Source: a bacterium (GTDB lineage: Bacteria > Desulfobacterota > DSWW01). Taken from it: DNA of 64,000 bases. Under the pieces are notes generated by a model. It was not told where the DNA came from and did not search any database. It was given only the letters and a program-made list of their open reading frames with translations. The stretch lies in the NCBI GenBank assembly GCA_040756235.1, contig JBFLZG010000080.1, positions 20,892 through 84,891 on the forward strand, written 5' to 3'. Within the stretch, counting starts at the first letter, position 1. Each line of letters opens with the position of its first letter. The position numbers and the translations under genes are program-made. This document shows, one piece after another, positions 29,812 to 39,779 of the stretch.

Positions 29812-31491
29812 TCAGCGCAACGCGGCAGATGGGCTTTCTGCAACGGCCTGCCAGAGCTCTATCCCGTACGTCCACGTCTCGGTGAGGACCTCGTCGCCCT
29901 TCTTCAGGAACGCCCGCATCTCCACCGCGGACCTCCTCTCGGGAGCGGCCTGGCTGACCGGCGTGATGGGATCGACGTCGGGCCGTATCTGAAAGACGGC
30001 GCGCCAGCCTCCGGTCACGACGTTCTTGTAGACCTGCTGTTCGGCCAGGGTCGCACCCGGCCCGACCGAGACCACCCCTTCCACGGCGTCTCCGGAGTGG
30101 AGCTGTCCGAGATTGCCCCCTTCGAAGTCGATCACGAACATCCTGAGACTCGGGTCCTTGGGCTGCTCGGTTCGGGTTGCCACGACGCGTCCCGCCGGCG
30201 GCTCGTTCGGGTCCGGGTACGCCCAGCTCAGCGTGTAGGCGAACGACAGGGGCTCGCCCACCGGGGCCGCGTCAGGCCGCCAGTAGGCCACGATGTTGTC
30301 GTGGATCTCGTCATCCGTGGGGAGCTGCACGAGCTCCACCCGGCCCTTTCCCCATGCGCCTTTGGGGGTGCACCAGAGGCTCGGGCGATAGTCGTAGCGG
30401 GCCTCGAGGTCCTGGTAGTGGTCGAAGTCCAGGTCCCGCTGCATGAGGCCGAACCCGCTCGGGTTGTCCGCCAGGAATGAGTTGGCCTCCACGCCTTGCG
30501 GGTTGGAGAGCGGCCTCCACAGCCATTCGCCGTTCTGCATGTGAATCATCAAGCCGTCCGAGTCGTGAATCTCGGGCCGGAAGCCGTCCCTGGGCCGGAT
30601 GTTGGTGTTCTCTCCGTAAAAGAACATGCTGGTCATGGGAGCTATGCCCAGCGTTTCCACCGGCTGGCGCAGGAAGATCGTGCTTTCCACGTCCATGCGC
30701 GTCTGGCTTCCCGGCCGGATGACGAAGGAGTAGGCGCCGGTCAGGCGCGGGCTGTCGAGCAACGCGTAAACGGTGATGTGCGAGTCGCCCGCAGCGGGCT
30801 TGCGGATCCAGAACTCCCGGAACCAGGGGAACTCTTCGCCGGTCGGCTGGACCGTGTCCACGGCCAGGCCTCGCGCCGAAAGGCCGTAATGCATCGACTT
30901 CGCCACGGCCCTGAAATAGGTCGCTCCCAGAAACACCGCGACCTCGTCCTTGTACGCGGCGGTGTTGATATTGCAGTGGATGCGGAATCCGGCAAAACCC
31001 AGGTCGTTCGGCACGCGCTCCCGGATCTCCTGCGCGCTCTTCTCGTAGTTGAAGAGATCGGTGGAAAACCGGATCGGCACGGTCCCGTCGGGGGTGATCT
31101 CGTGGATGCGCACGGTGCGGTCGAAGTAGAGGCCGGCATGGAAGAACTGGAGCTCGAACGGGAGATTCTCGTCCCTCCAGTGTGACTTGGCCGGAATGAA
31201 GCGGATGTCGCGGAGCTGATCGTAGGTGATCTCGAGGAGCCACCCCGGCATCTTGCCCCTCGGGTCCTGATACTTTCCCTTGGAGAGCGACCGCGCTTTC
31301 CGGACGACGTCGTTCATGCCGAACGCGGCCTCCCCGCGGGACAGGCGCCTTTCGGAGGACATCGCCAACTGCTCGGCCTCGGCGGCCGAACCCGTCCAGG
31401 AGCCGGCCACCCCGATGAGGGCGGCCCAGACCCAGCAGGAAAAGACCTTCCCCGCCTTCTGCCACCTCGTGTCACGGTCCGTGCTCTTCAT
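29812..31491 (-). CDS. opgG: Periplasmic glucan biosynthesis protein G/D (OpgG/MdoG family)
   Basis: YDQLRDIRF, LGFAGFR, FLGATYFRA, YGLSARGLA, EEFP.FREFWI, APMTSMF, RPEIHDSDGL, DNIVAYW, ETWTY; signal peptide. Confidence 0.93.
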   Translation of the reverse strand: MKSTDRDTRWQKAGKVFSCWVWAALIGVAGSWTGSAAEAEQLAMSSERRLSRGEAAFGMNDVVRKARSLSKGKYQDPRGKMPGWLLEITYDQLRDIRFIPAKSHWRDENLPFELQFFHAGLYFDRTVRIHEITPDGTVPIRFSTDLFNYEKSAQEIRERVPNDLGFAGFRIHCNINTAAYKDEVAVFLGATYFRAVAKSMHYGLSARGLAVDTVQPTGEEFPWFREFWIRKPAAGDSHITVYALLDSPRLTGAYSFVIRPGSQTRMDVESTIFLRQPVETLGIAPMTSMFFYGENTNIRPRDGFRPEIHDSDGLMIHMQNGEWLWRPLSNPQGVEANSFLADNPSGFGLMQRDLDFDHYQDLEARYDYRPSLWCTPKGAWGKGRVELVQLPTDDEIHDNIVAYWRPDAAPVGEPLSFAYTLSWAYPDPNEPPAGRVVATRTEQPKDPSLRMFVIDFEGGNLGQLHSGDAVEGVVSVGPGATLAEQQVYKNVVTGGWRAVFQIRPDVDPITPVSQAAPERRSAVEMRAFLKKGDEVLTETWTYGIELWQAVAESPSAALR

Positions 31492-31505
31492 GAATCGCAA
31501 CCTCA

Positions 31506-34500
31506 CTATGGTTCGGGATCGGCAGGCACAGGCCTCAAATCGAGCGCGGCCGGAGGGCCGCCGCCCGTCCCCGTTCCCCTTCTCGACAAGCTTCCCTCGA
31601 TCCTCTGCCGGTATTCCTCTCCCTTGTAGACGAGCCGCTTCACCTGGAGCGGGCCCTTTGCATCGAAGAGGTCGTCCGGGACGACCAGGGACCCGTCCCT
31701 CATGGCGAGGCCGAGCAGGCCGTATGCCGCAGAGAGCATGCGGGCCGCAGCGCCCGTGTACCAGCTCCAGCCGCCCCGGCCCTCGTACCCGCAGCCCCAG
31801 TAAATGTCGGCGGCCTGCTGGTGGGGCGGCAGGCCGTACCTCAGGATGGCCTTCCTTCCCGCGTGGCCGGCCGGCGATATCTTGGTCCAGACCTGGACCG
31901 CGCGGGCGCGGAATCGCTCCGCCCGCTCCGCGTCGCCCGCCGCGCGGGCGCACTCGGCGAGCCGCACCAGCGCATCGACGAGCCACGACACGCCATGCGA
32001 GTACTGCCCCCCGTTCTCGCGCACTCCCGGCGGGTAGTCTGCGATACGGCCCGGTCTGGGGCGCGACGCCTCGGTGAAGGGAGGCTGCAACAGTGCGAAC
32101 AGGCCTTCTGTCTCGAGATCTTCCAGCCCCTGCTCGAGCGCGTTTGCCGCACGCTCGAGCCCGGCGGCTCCCGAGATCGCGGGCCACGCCGCAGTCAGCG
32201 CGTCCGCGCACACGAGCTCCTGTCCGCGGTCGGTGACGGCGCGCGCGTAGCGGCCGTCGCCCCACATGCGATCGAGCGCGCCGCGCAGCCGGGCCGCGGT
32301 CTCGAGATAGCGGCGTTCCTGCTCGGCCCCTTCCCTGCGTGCGGCAAGGGGGGCGAAGTGCTGCAGGATATCGTAAAGGAAGAAACCAAGCCAGACGCTT
32401 TCGCCCCGGCCCCCCGGACCGACCAGGTTCAAGCCGTCGTTCCAGTCCCCGGTGCCGATCAACGGCAGGCCGTTCCGGCCGAGCCGGTCCAGGGTGAGCT
32501 CGATCGCCCGCGTGCAGTGCCGGTAGAGAGGCTCCCGGTCGCGCGCGCGACGCGGCGCGAACATCAGGCCCTCATGGCCCGGCGGAATGGGGCGCGACTC
32601 GAGATAGGGAAGCGGCTCGTCCAGAATGGCGAGGTCGCCGGTCGCCTCCACGTAGCGGCACGTGACGTACGGAAGCCACAGATGCGGGTCGGACGCCCGG
32701 TTGCGCGCCCCCAGCCCCGAGGCCCCTTCCCGGCTCGGGTGCCACCACTGCAGGACGTCGCCCCGGAAGAACTGCTGGCTGCCGTGGAGCAGGATCTGGG
32801 AACGCGCCGTGCCCGGGTCGAGGAACAAGAGGGGCAGCACGCTCTGGAGTTGATCGCGGAAGCCGTAGGCGCCGCTCCTCTGGTTGGGTCCCGTGCGGCC
32901 CCACAGATGAGACGCGAGCACCTGGTAAGGAAGCCAGTCGTTGACCAGGCGATCGAAGCGCTCGTCACGGGTCGTCACCCGCAGGACCGAGAGCCGTTCG
33001 TCCCACCAGCGGCGCGTCTTCTCGAGCGCGGCTCGTGCCGCCGGCGCGCTCCGGCAGGCGCGGATGATGGAGCGCGCTCCTTCCATGTCCGGTGCCTGGC
33101 CGACCACCAGGGTGACGGTCTGCTGGCCGCCCGGGGCGACGCACAAAGTGCCTGCGAGGGCCGCCACGCGGTAGCCGTCGTCGGGTTGCTCCACGTCGGG
33201 CCTGCCGTGCCGTACCATGAAGGGAGTCTCCAACCCTCCCTCGGGGCCGCCCAGAAATCGCGAGCGCACGGTTTCGTATGCGTCCGCCGCGAGGTCCATG
33301 GCGACAAATGCCCAACCCCCGCAGAAATCATTTCGGGGGTTCGTGAAGCACAAGGCTCCGGACTCCTCGTCCCGGTGAAAGCGGATGGCGCCTCGAGTGT
33401 CGAACGGGGTCTCGCCCAGGACGATCTGCAAATAAGGAACGACGCGGTAGACCGCGGGTTGGGAAGATCTGTTGCGGATCGTGAGCAGCCTGACCTCGGC
33501 CGGCGCGTCCGCAAGCACGCACAGGGTGTACTCGAGGTCGACGGCGCCCGCGCTCTTGCGGAACACGGCATAGCCGCGGCCGAAGGTGGCGGAGCAGGCC
33601 CCGTCTTTCCGCCTGAACGGCAGGAAGGTGGGTGCGGTGGCCTCGCCCGTTGACGTGTCGCAGAGGTAGAGCACCTGTCCCGGGACCTGCGCGGGCGCCT
33701 CGCTCGAGGCGAACGGCGTGATGCCGTTCTGCTGCGCATTGCCCATGAATGAAAAGATCGCACCCTCGTTGTTGACCACCATGCCGTAGCCCAGCTCATT
33801 CGCCATGACGTGCGCCCAGGGCCGCGGCGTATCCCGGCCCATGGTGAGCTCGAGGCCGTCCTGAGAGAACTTGTAGCAGGGCCGGAGGCCGGAGAGCCGA
33901 CTCCCGGAGTCATCCCCCTCACCCGGCGCGCCGAACCCGTGCAACCTGCGTCTCTTGGCCCAGGAAGCGTCGAGCGCGGCGCGGTCGACGGCCGGAATCC
34001 CGAGGTGGGCGTGCAGGAATCGGGCGGCCTCCTGCTCGCTCGAGGCGTATCCGTCGGCAAAGACCAGCTCGGCGGCCCGGCCCGGAGCCAGCTCGACCGA
34101 GACCCGCAGGCTGGCGATGGGGTCGAAGCCGTAGAGCAGCCCCTCGTCCGCAGGCTCGCGCGGCTTGCGCTCGAGTCCCTCGGGCCTGCGCAGGGTGGAC
34201 GATCCGATGAAGTGCGTCCGGGAGTCCTCGTAGCCGATGAGCCGCGCCGCGCCGTCCCGCAAGGGACCGACGGCGTGGAACGCCACTTCGGCCGACATCG
34301 AGCGCTTTGCAGGATCGGCCGCTTCCTCCTTCAGGAGACGATTGCGCGCCAGGATGCCGCTCAGCCCGCGGACGAACCAGGTGCCCACGTGAATGCGGTT
34401 GTAATCGGGCCGGCGCAGGCAGGCGTCCGGCACGTTCAAGGCGATCTCCCGATAGCTCACTACCTCGATGCGCCGCGGCCGCGCGTCGACCGGGACGAGC

Positions 34501-37187
34501 CGCAGGGTCCAGATCTCGAGCGGATCCCGGGGGTCCACCCTGACCGACGCCTCCACCCGGATCCCGTTCCAGACGCGCTCGAAGCGGAGAGTCGAGCGGT
34601 CGACCCGGCGGGCGCGACAGTCTCCTTCTGCCAGCGCGCCGCCGGCCGGTTGCGCCGTCACCGACCCGACCCGCTGCGGGTCGTCCGCAGCTCGGTCGAG
34701 GTCGACGAGGTAGAAGAACTTCCCGTGCACCTCCAGCGGGTCGTGAAATCTTTCGGTGAGGTCGATCTCCTGGCCCCGGCGCACGGCGCTGAACACCCGG
34801 CTCCAGCCCCGTCCGTCGGCGGCAAGGCTCAGGGTGTAGAGGCCGTTCCCGATGACCCAGGGGCCGGGGTCCGGGTCCGGGCGCGGGGGGCGGTCCTCCC
34901 TGCTTTCGGCGGCCGTCGAGCAAGCGCAGGCGGCCGCCTGCGAGCAGGCGCAACCGGCTGCCGGCCCGGCGCGGCCGCTGCTCCTGAGACGCCGCGCGAG
35001 CACCACCAGACCGGCCGAGAGCGCGAGCGCCATGAATCCGCCCGCCATGAGCTCTGGCGGAAGGAGCTCTTGCGGCCTGGCCGCCGCCATCGCTTCGGCC
35101 GTATTCCACGCGTGGCTCCAGTCAGCGCCGCGGGGCAGGTAGAAAGGGATGAGGAGGGGGGCCCAGGTCACGAAGCGGCGCAGGCCCGCAGGGATCGCGC
35201 GGGCCTTGACCGAGTGCCCCAGGAACCGGGACGTCTTCTCGTCGATCACGTCCATTCCCACGAAGGAGACGTTCACGAGCGTGGCCACCCGGAGTCCCAT
35301 GTGGTCCAGGAAGATGGCGATGCGCAGCCAGTCGTAAGCCAGGAGGTTCGTGAACGTCTGCAGGCTCCAGGCGTGGAACGCTTCGGGCGGGGCGCTGAGG
35401 TTCTTGACCGTGGCGACCGCGGTGCGCACGGCCCCGTCCTGATTGTACCAGGTCGGATCCGGGGCCATCCGCAGGAACGAGTAGATGATCGGCGCCATCC
35501 ACAGCCCCCAGCGCTGCACCCGGAACGCCTGCTCCACCATGGCGGCCAGGCCGCTTCTGGTGAAGAGGGTCCGCAAGGGCTCCGTGCTCCGCTGGATGAG
35601 GGCCGTGAGCACCACCAGGTTCAAGCTGAACAGGGGCGCGGCGATGGACCAGTTGATGACGCCCGAAAGGGATTCGGCGTAGAACAGCTTCACCCCGCCG
35701 GCCGCGGGCCCCAGGTTCATGGCGCCCCACTTGCTGAACAGGGGATAGATCACGTAGCTCTCGATCTCCATGCCCGCGGCGCCGTTGAACAGGGTTGCGT
35801 ACTTTCGGAACTTGGCCGCCACGACCTGCGCCTGCGCGGCGTCGAAGTACCAGCAGACGGCCCCTCCCGCCAGTGCGCCCAGCATCGCCTCGATGGCGTA
35901 GACGCGGGGGGCCTGCAGCCGCTGACGCCTGCCGAGCAGCCTGCAATCGATCGCGTCTCGCAGGAGATTGACGGCGGCGTACGCGGCGGCGCCGGCCGCC
36001 AGACCGAACAAGAAGCGGGTGCCCGACCCTGCGGCGGGCAGCCCCTGGCGCAGGGCCCAGGCGGCCGCCGCGCCCACCAACCCGCCGCGCAGGCCGTGGT
36101 CCCAGCGCCGATAGCTGTCGCGCAGCCGCACGACGAACGGACGGCTTCCCTCGAAGCTTTCGATCACGGTCTTGACGAGCGGGAAAAGGAGAATGCCCGC
36201 GACGAACGCGCTCTCCCAGGGGTGGGTCGCGAGCAGCGCACGGACCCACGGGACCGACAGCAGACAGGCCGCTCCGTGCACGAGCCCCATGAAGAAGCCG
36301 CCGTACACGGCCCCCTGCAGCAGCCCGCTGCGGAAGTGGCCTCCGCCCCAGTACCAGGCAGGCTGCTTGCGGTGCAGGGCGTCCATGAAGAGCCCGGTGA
36401 GCAGAAAGACCTGGGCCCAGAGGCCTGCCTGCGCGCCGACCGCGGCCGCAATCGCCAGCGGCACGCCGAGTAACGGATGCAGCGACGCCACCGCCGCACC
36501 CGAGCCCCACTGCGCGAGGGCGGGTGTGGTCACGGCAAACAGGGCGCTCGCGAGCAGGAGCGCGTGCATGCGGGCTTCGCAGAGGAGCCGCCCGGCCATG
36601 AGGAGCATGAGCGCATTCGCCGCAGCCTCGTTGACCAGGAAAAGCACGGCCCCCTTTCCCAGCCATCGCACCCATTCGAGGGAGAGAGCCGTGTCCCGGA
36701 ACAACAGCCGGCCCGTGCGCTCGAGCAGGGACGGCGCCTGCAGGACCAACAGGCAGTTGAAGAGAAAAGGCGCGGAGAGCGCGGCCAGGCTCTCGATCCG
36801 TGAAAGATGGCGTCCTCGCGAGAACGACGTATGCGCCGCCAGGAGGAAGTAGAGGAAGCAGGCGGCGGCAGCGGCCGGAGGGGTCAGGGCGAAGAGCCCT
36901 TTCCAGGTCGCCGGCGCTTCCCAGACTCGCAGACCCGGGGTCGCCGAGGCGGCGAAGGCTGCGGCAACGAGCGCGTCCTGGAGAGCTTCGGCCGGGGCGA
37001 TGCGGCGCCCTTGAAGACCGAAAGCGGTGATCCCTGCCGCCAAGGCGCCCAGGAGGGCCGCCGCAACCACGTTGCCGAGCTGCACGGCAACGCCGGTGGC
37101 CGCAACCGAGCACGCTCCTGTCAAGTAGAGCGCGATCTGAACCGGCAGTGCCGATCTCTCTTCGGTTGTGAGCTCGCTCCGACGCAT
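31506..37187 (-). CDS. Very large membrane protein: polytopic N-terminal domain + tandem GH94 N-domains + GH94 phosphorylase catalytic domain (start may be 37217)
   Basis: About 750 aa hydrophobic N-terminus; IGNG.Y and TPRPWAHVMAN repeats; SGAYGFRDQLQ, GDWNDGLN, GESVWLGFF, PPGVRENGGQYSH, GWSWYTGAA as in the ChvB/NdvB C-terminus. Confidence 0.85.
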   Translation of the reverse strand: MRRSELTTEERSALPVQIALYLTGACSVAATGVAVQLGNVVAAALLGALAAGITAFGLQGRRIAPAEALQDALVAAAFAASATPGLRVWEAPATWKGLFALTPPAAAAACFLYFLLAAHTSFSRGRHLSRIESLAALSAPFLFNCLLVLQAPSLLERTGRLLFRDTALSLEWVRWLGKGAVLFLVNEAAANALMLLMAGRLLCEARMHALLLASALFAVTTPALAQWGSGAAVASLHPLLGVPLAIAAAVGAQAGLWAQVFLLTGLFMDALHRKQPAWYWGGGHFRSGLLQGAVYGGFFMGLVHGAACLLSVPWVRALLATHPWESAFVAGILLFPLVKTVIESFEGSRPFVVRLRDSYRRWDHGLRGGLVGAAAAWALRQGLPAAGSGTRFLFGLAAGAAAYAAVNLLRDAIDCRLLGRRQRLQAPRVYAIEAMLGALAGGAVCWYFDAAQAQVVAAKFRKYATLFNGAAGMEIESYVIYPLFSKWGAMNLGPAAGGVKLFYAESLSGVINWSIAAPLFSLNLVVLTALIQRSTEPLRTLFTRSGLAAMVEQAFRVQRWGLWMAPIIYSFLRMAPDPTWYNQDGAVRTAVATVKNLSAPPEAFHAWSLQTFTNLLAYDWLRIAIFLDHMGLRVATLVNVSFVGMDVIDEKTSRFLGHSVKARAIPAGLRRFVTWAPLLIPFYLPRGADWSHAWNTAEAMAAARPQELLPPELMAGGFMALALSAGLVVLARRLRSSGRAGPAAGCACSQAAACACSTAAESREDRPPRPDPDPGPWVIGNGLYTLSLAADGRGWSRVFSAVRRGQEIDLTERFHDPLEVHGKFFYLVDLDRAADDPQRVGSVTAQPAGGALAEGDCRARRVDRSTLRFERVWNGIRVEASVRVDPRDPLEIWTLRLVPVDARPRRIEVVSYREIALNVPDACLRRPDYNRIHVGTWFVRGLSGILARNRLLKEEAADPAKRSMSAEVAFHAVGPLRDGAARLIGYEDSRTHFIGSSTLRRPEGLERKPREPADEGLLYGFDPIASLRVSVELAPGRAAELVFADGYASSEQEAARFLHAHLGIPAVDRAALDASWAKRRRLHGFGAPGEGDDSGSRLSGLRPCYKFSQDGLELTMGRDTPRPWAHVMANELGYGMVVNNEGAIFSFMGNAQQNGITPFASSEAPAQVPGQVLYLCDTSTGEATAPTFLPFRRKDGACSATFGRGYAVFRKSAGAVDLEYTLCVLADAPAEVRLLTIRNRSSQPAVYRVVPYLQIVLGETPFDTRGAIRFHRDEESGALCFTNPRNDFCGGWAFVAMDLAADAYETVRSRFLGGPEGGLETPFMVRHGRPDVEQPDDGYRVAALAGTLCVAPGGQQTVTLVVGQAPDMEGARSIIRACRSAPAARAALEKTRRWWDERLSVLRVTTRDERFDRLVNDWLPYQVLASHLWGRTGPNQRSGAYGFRDQLQSVLPLLFLDPGTARSQILLHGSQQFFRGDVLQWWHPSREGASGLGARNRASDPHLWLPYVTCRYVEATGDLAILDEPLPYLESRPIPPGHEGLMFAPRRARDREPLYRHCTRAIELTLDRLGRNGLPLIGTGDWNDGLNLVGPGGRGESVWLGFFLYDILQHFAPLAARREGAEQERRYLETAARLRGALDRMWGDGRYARAVTDRGQELVCADALTAAWPAISGAAGLERAANALEQGLEDLETEGLFALLQPPFTEASRPRPGRIADYPPGVRENGGQYSHGVSWLVDALVRLAECARAAGDAERAERFRARAVQVWTKISPAGHAGRKAILRYGLPPHQQAADIYWGCGYEGRGGWSWYTGAAARMLSAAYGLLGLAMRDGSLVVPDDLFDAKGPLQVKRLVYKGEEYRQRIEGSLSRRGTGTGGGPPAALDLRPVPADPEP

Positions 37188-37635
37188 TCCTTCCCTGTTG
37201 ATGGACTCCCGGCCCATCCGTTCAGGCCCCGAGCGCCGGCAGCGTACGCGCTGCAGAGCCGGCCAGGGCCGCTCCAACGAACATTTCGGATCGAAACGGC
37301 AAATGTATTAGGCTGGCAGGCGAATCGAAAAACCCGATCTGCGGAGCGGTTGCGAGCGAAGCGGATCGATCCCCCGATCAAGCCATAGCGTACGTATGAT
37401 ACCTGCTAGACTTGAAAGGGTAAAGCGGGGGAGCGGATTTTCTTTTCATTCGAGGTGAGCAGAGCCGCCGAGGCGGCTGCCAAATTGGGCGGACATTGCG
37501 AGGGAGCCCAAGGCGACCGAAGCAACCCCCAGAGCCAGGGAGGTTGCTTCGCTAGGCTCGCAATCTCCGGATGGTCCCCGTCCCGGGATCCCGCGGCACA
37601 AACGGATTCCCCCTTGCGAAGCTGCACCGGAATCC

Positions 37636-37822
37636 GTCATCCCGGCCGAAACCGCGCCGCCTTGCAGGGGCGCGCTTGCTGCGCCCGCATATTCCGTCAT
37701 CCCGGCCCACCCCTTGCACAGCGGCGGTTGCCGGGCAATACGGACTGGAGCCGGCCCCTGCCCGAACCTGATCCGGGAATTCGGTCCCTGCTCAGTCGTA
37801 CCGTCATTCCCGCGGACCCCGG
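37636..37822. repeat. Degenerate family A repeat cluster
   Basis: ccgtcatcccggcc twice, gactgga, ccgtcattcccgcg. Confidence 0.55.
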
Positions 37823-37823
37823 A

Positions 37824-39341
37824 TCAGGGTTGTGAGCATCCCCCTGAATCGGTGGCCGGACCTGCCAGGGGCAGGCAGATCACGAAGGTCGCACCCTCGC
37901 CCGGCCGGCTCCGGACCGAGACGGTCCCGCGATGGTTCTCGATGATGCCGTAAGCGATGCTGAGGCCCAGCCCGGTCCCTTTCCCCACGTCTTTGGTCGT
38001 GAAGAAAGGCTCGAAGATGCGGGGCTGGACTTCCTCCGGGATGCCGGGCCCGGTATCGGCGATCTCGATCCGCACCCGGTCTTGCGCAGGTTCCAAGACC
38101 GTCCGGATCGTCAGGATTCCCTTGCCCTCCATGGCTTCGGCGGCATTGAGCAGGATGTTCATGAAGACCTGACTGAGCTGCTGAGCGTCCAGGGGGACCG
38201 GAGGCAGCTCCGGGTCGAGATCCCGCACGATCTCGAGCTCGCGGAACAGACGCTGGTTCTCCAACAGGCCGAGCGTCCGCAGCAGGACTCCGTTCAAGTC
38301 GTCCGGCCGGATCTTCTGGGCGGTCTGGCGTGAGAACTCCAGCAGCTCCTGCACGATGTGTCTGCAGATCTTGGCGCCCTCGATGATCTGCCTGAGGTCG
38401 TCCCGGGCCTTCTCCTCGAGGTCGTACTCGTCGCGGAGAATCTCGGAAAAGAGCACGATCCCTGCCAGAGGGTTGTTCAGCTGGTGGGCCACCCCTGCAG
38501 CCATCTTGCCGAGGCTCGCCATCTTCTCGGCCTGGAGGAGCTGCAGCTGGGTCTGCTGCAGCTCCCGCTCCATGCGCTTCTTCTCGCTCAGATCCCGAAA
38601 GAAGCCGATCGTGGCCACCTCCCGATAACCTTCGTAGACGACGGCCGCGGACAGGCTCACGGGCACGGCCGTTCCGTCCTTGCGCAGGATCTCGACCTCG
38701 TGGGATTTGAGCTTCCCCTTGCCGCCGTAGTACTCGCTCCGGAGCTTGCGCATGATCTCCCGGGCGCCCTCTCCCGGGTAGATCCGAACGATGTTCAGGC
38801 CGCTCAGCGCCTCGTCGACCGTGTACCCCGTGACCTCCGCGGCCGCGTCGTTGAAGATGAGGATCTTTCCCTTCGTATCGGCAGCGATGACGGCATCGGC
38901 GGAGCTCAACATGAGGTTCCATACGAAGAACGAGTTGGGGCTCCAGAGAAAGTGCCGAGACTGCCGGCGCTCGTTCTCGCTCGAATCGGAGATGGGGTAA
39001 TCGAGGACCGCGATGGACTCGATCCTTTCACCTGCGAAGATGGGCGCGGCGTAAAGGCAGAGATCGTTTCCGGCCAGGCGCATCTCGTCGGCGTCCTTCG
39101 AGACCGGCCGGTGGCGGGCGAGCACGTCGGCAACAGGGCACCCCGGGCACGGCCGAGTCCTCGCGAAAAATGCCTCGTGGCAGGCTCTCCCCGCGACCGC
39201 GCCCTGCAGGCTCTGCCGGATCGGCCCGTTGCCAGCCAGGAGTCGCAGGTCCCGGGAGACCACCATGAGCCTGCGGCTGGTCGCATCGATCGCCCTGAGG
39301 AGGAGCGCTTGCTCGTCCGCTCCGGGATGCTCGCGGCTCAT
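37824..39341 (-). CDS. Cytoplasmic PAS-PAS sensor histidine kinase (NtrB-like)
   Basis: PAS domains; [49 protein letters not shown]. Confidence 0.92.
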   Translation of the reverse strand: MSREHPGADEQALLLRAIDATSRRLMVVSRDLRLLAGNGPIRQSLQGAVAGRACHEAFFARTRPCPGCPVADVLARHRPVSKDADEMRLAGNDLCLYAAPIFAGERIESIAVLDYPISDSSENERRQSRHFLWSPNSFFVWNLMLSSADAVIAADTKGKILIFNDAAAEVTGYTVDEALSGLNIVRIYPGEGAREIMRKLRSEYYGGKGKLKSHEVEILRKDGTAVPVSLSAAVVYEGYREVATIGFFRDLSEKKRMERELQQTQLQLLQAEKMASLGKMAAGVAHQLNNPLAGIVLFSEILRDEYDLEEKARDDLRQIIEGAKICRHIVQELLEFSRQTAQKIRPDDLNGVLLRTLGLLENQRLFRELEIVRDLDPELPPVPLDAQQLSQVFMNILLNAAEAMEGKGILTIRTVLEPAQDRVRIEIADTGPGIPEEVQPRIFEPFFTTKDVGKGTGLGLSIAYGIIENHRGTVSVRSRPGEGATFVICLPLAGPATDSGGCSQP

Positions 39342-39703
39342 CGCATCGCGGCCTCGATCAGGGAAAGGAGCCTTTGCGGCGAGATCGGCTTGGGCAGGAA
39401 CAGGTTCGCGCCGGCGGCCTCTCCCTTCTTGCGGTCGTCCTCACTGCTCATGGCCGTGAGCATGACCACGGGAAGGTCGCGCAAGCTCTCCTGCCGGCGG
39501 ATCCTGCGGCAGACCTCGTAGCCGTCCATGCCGGGCATGATGATGTCCAGGACGACCAGGTCGAAGGATTCCTTGGCCAGCGCGTCCAGCGCCTCCTCGC
39601 CGCCCGGCACGGCCTTGGGCTGATACCCCTTGGAACGGAGCAGCTCCTCGAGGGCGATCAGCACCATCTCGTCGTCGTCGACGACCAGGACTTTCTTCGG
39701 CAT
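39338..39703 (-). CDS. Single-domain response regulator
   Basis: VLVVDDD, VLDIIMPGMDG, MLTA, PKP. Confidence 0.93.
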   Translation of the reverse strand: MPKKVLVVDDDEMVLIALEELLRSKGYQPKAVPGGEEALDALAKESFDLVVLDIIMPGMDGYEVCRRIRRQESLRDLPVVMLTAMSSEDDRKKGEAAGANLFLPKPISPQRLLSLIEAAMR

Positions 39704-39779
39704 GTTGCGCCTTTCTGCATGGTGACAGAGTACGGTTGTCTCACCAACGTATTCCGTAAGGGCGTATGGCCATACGCCC

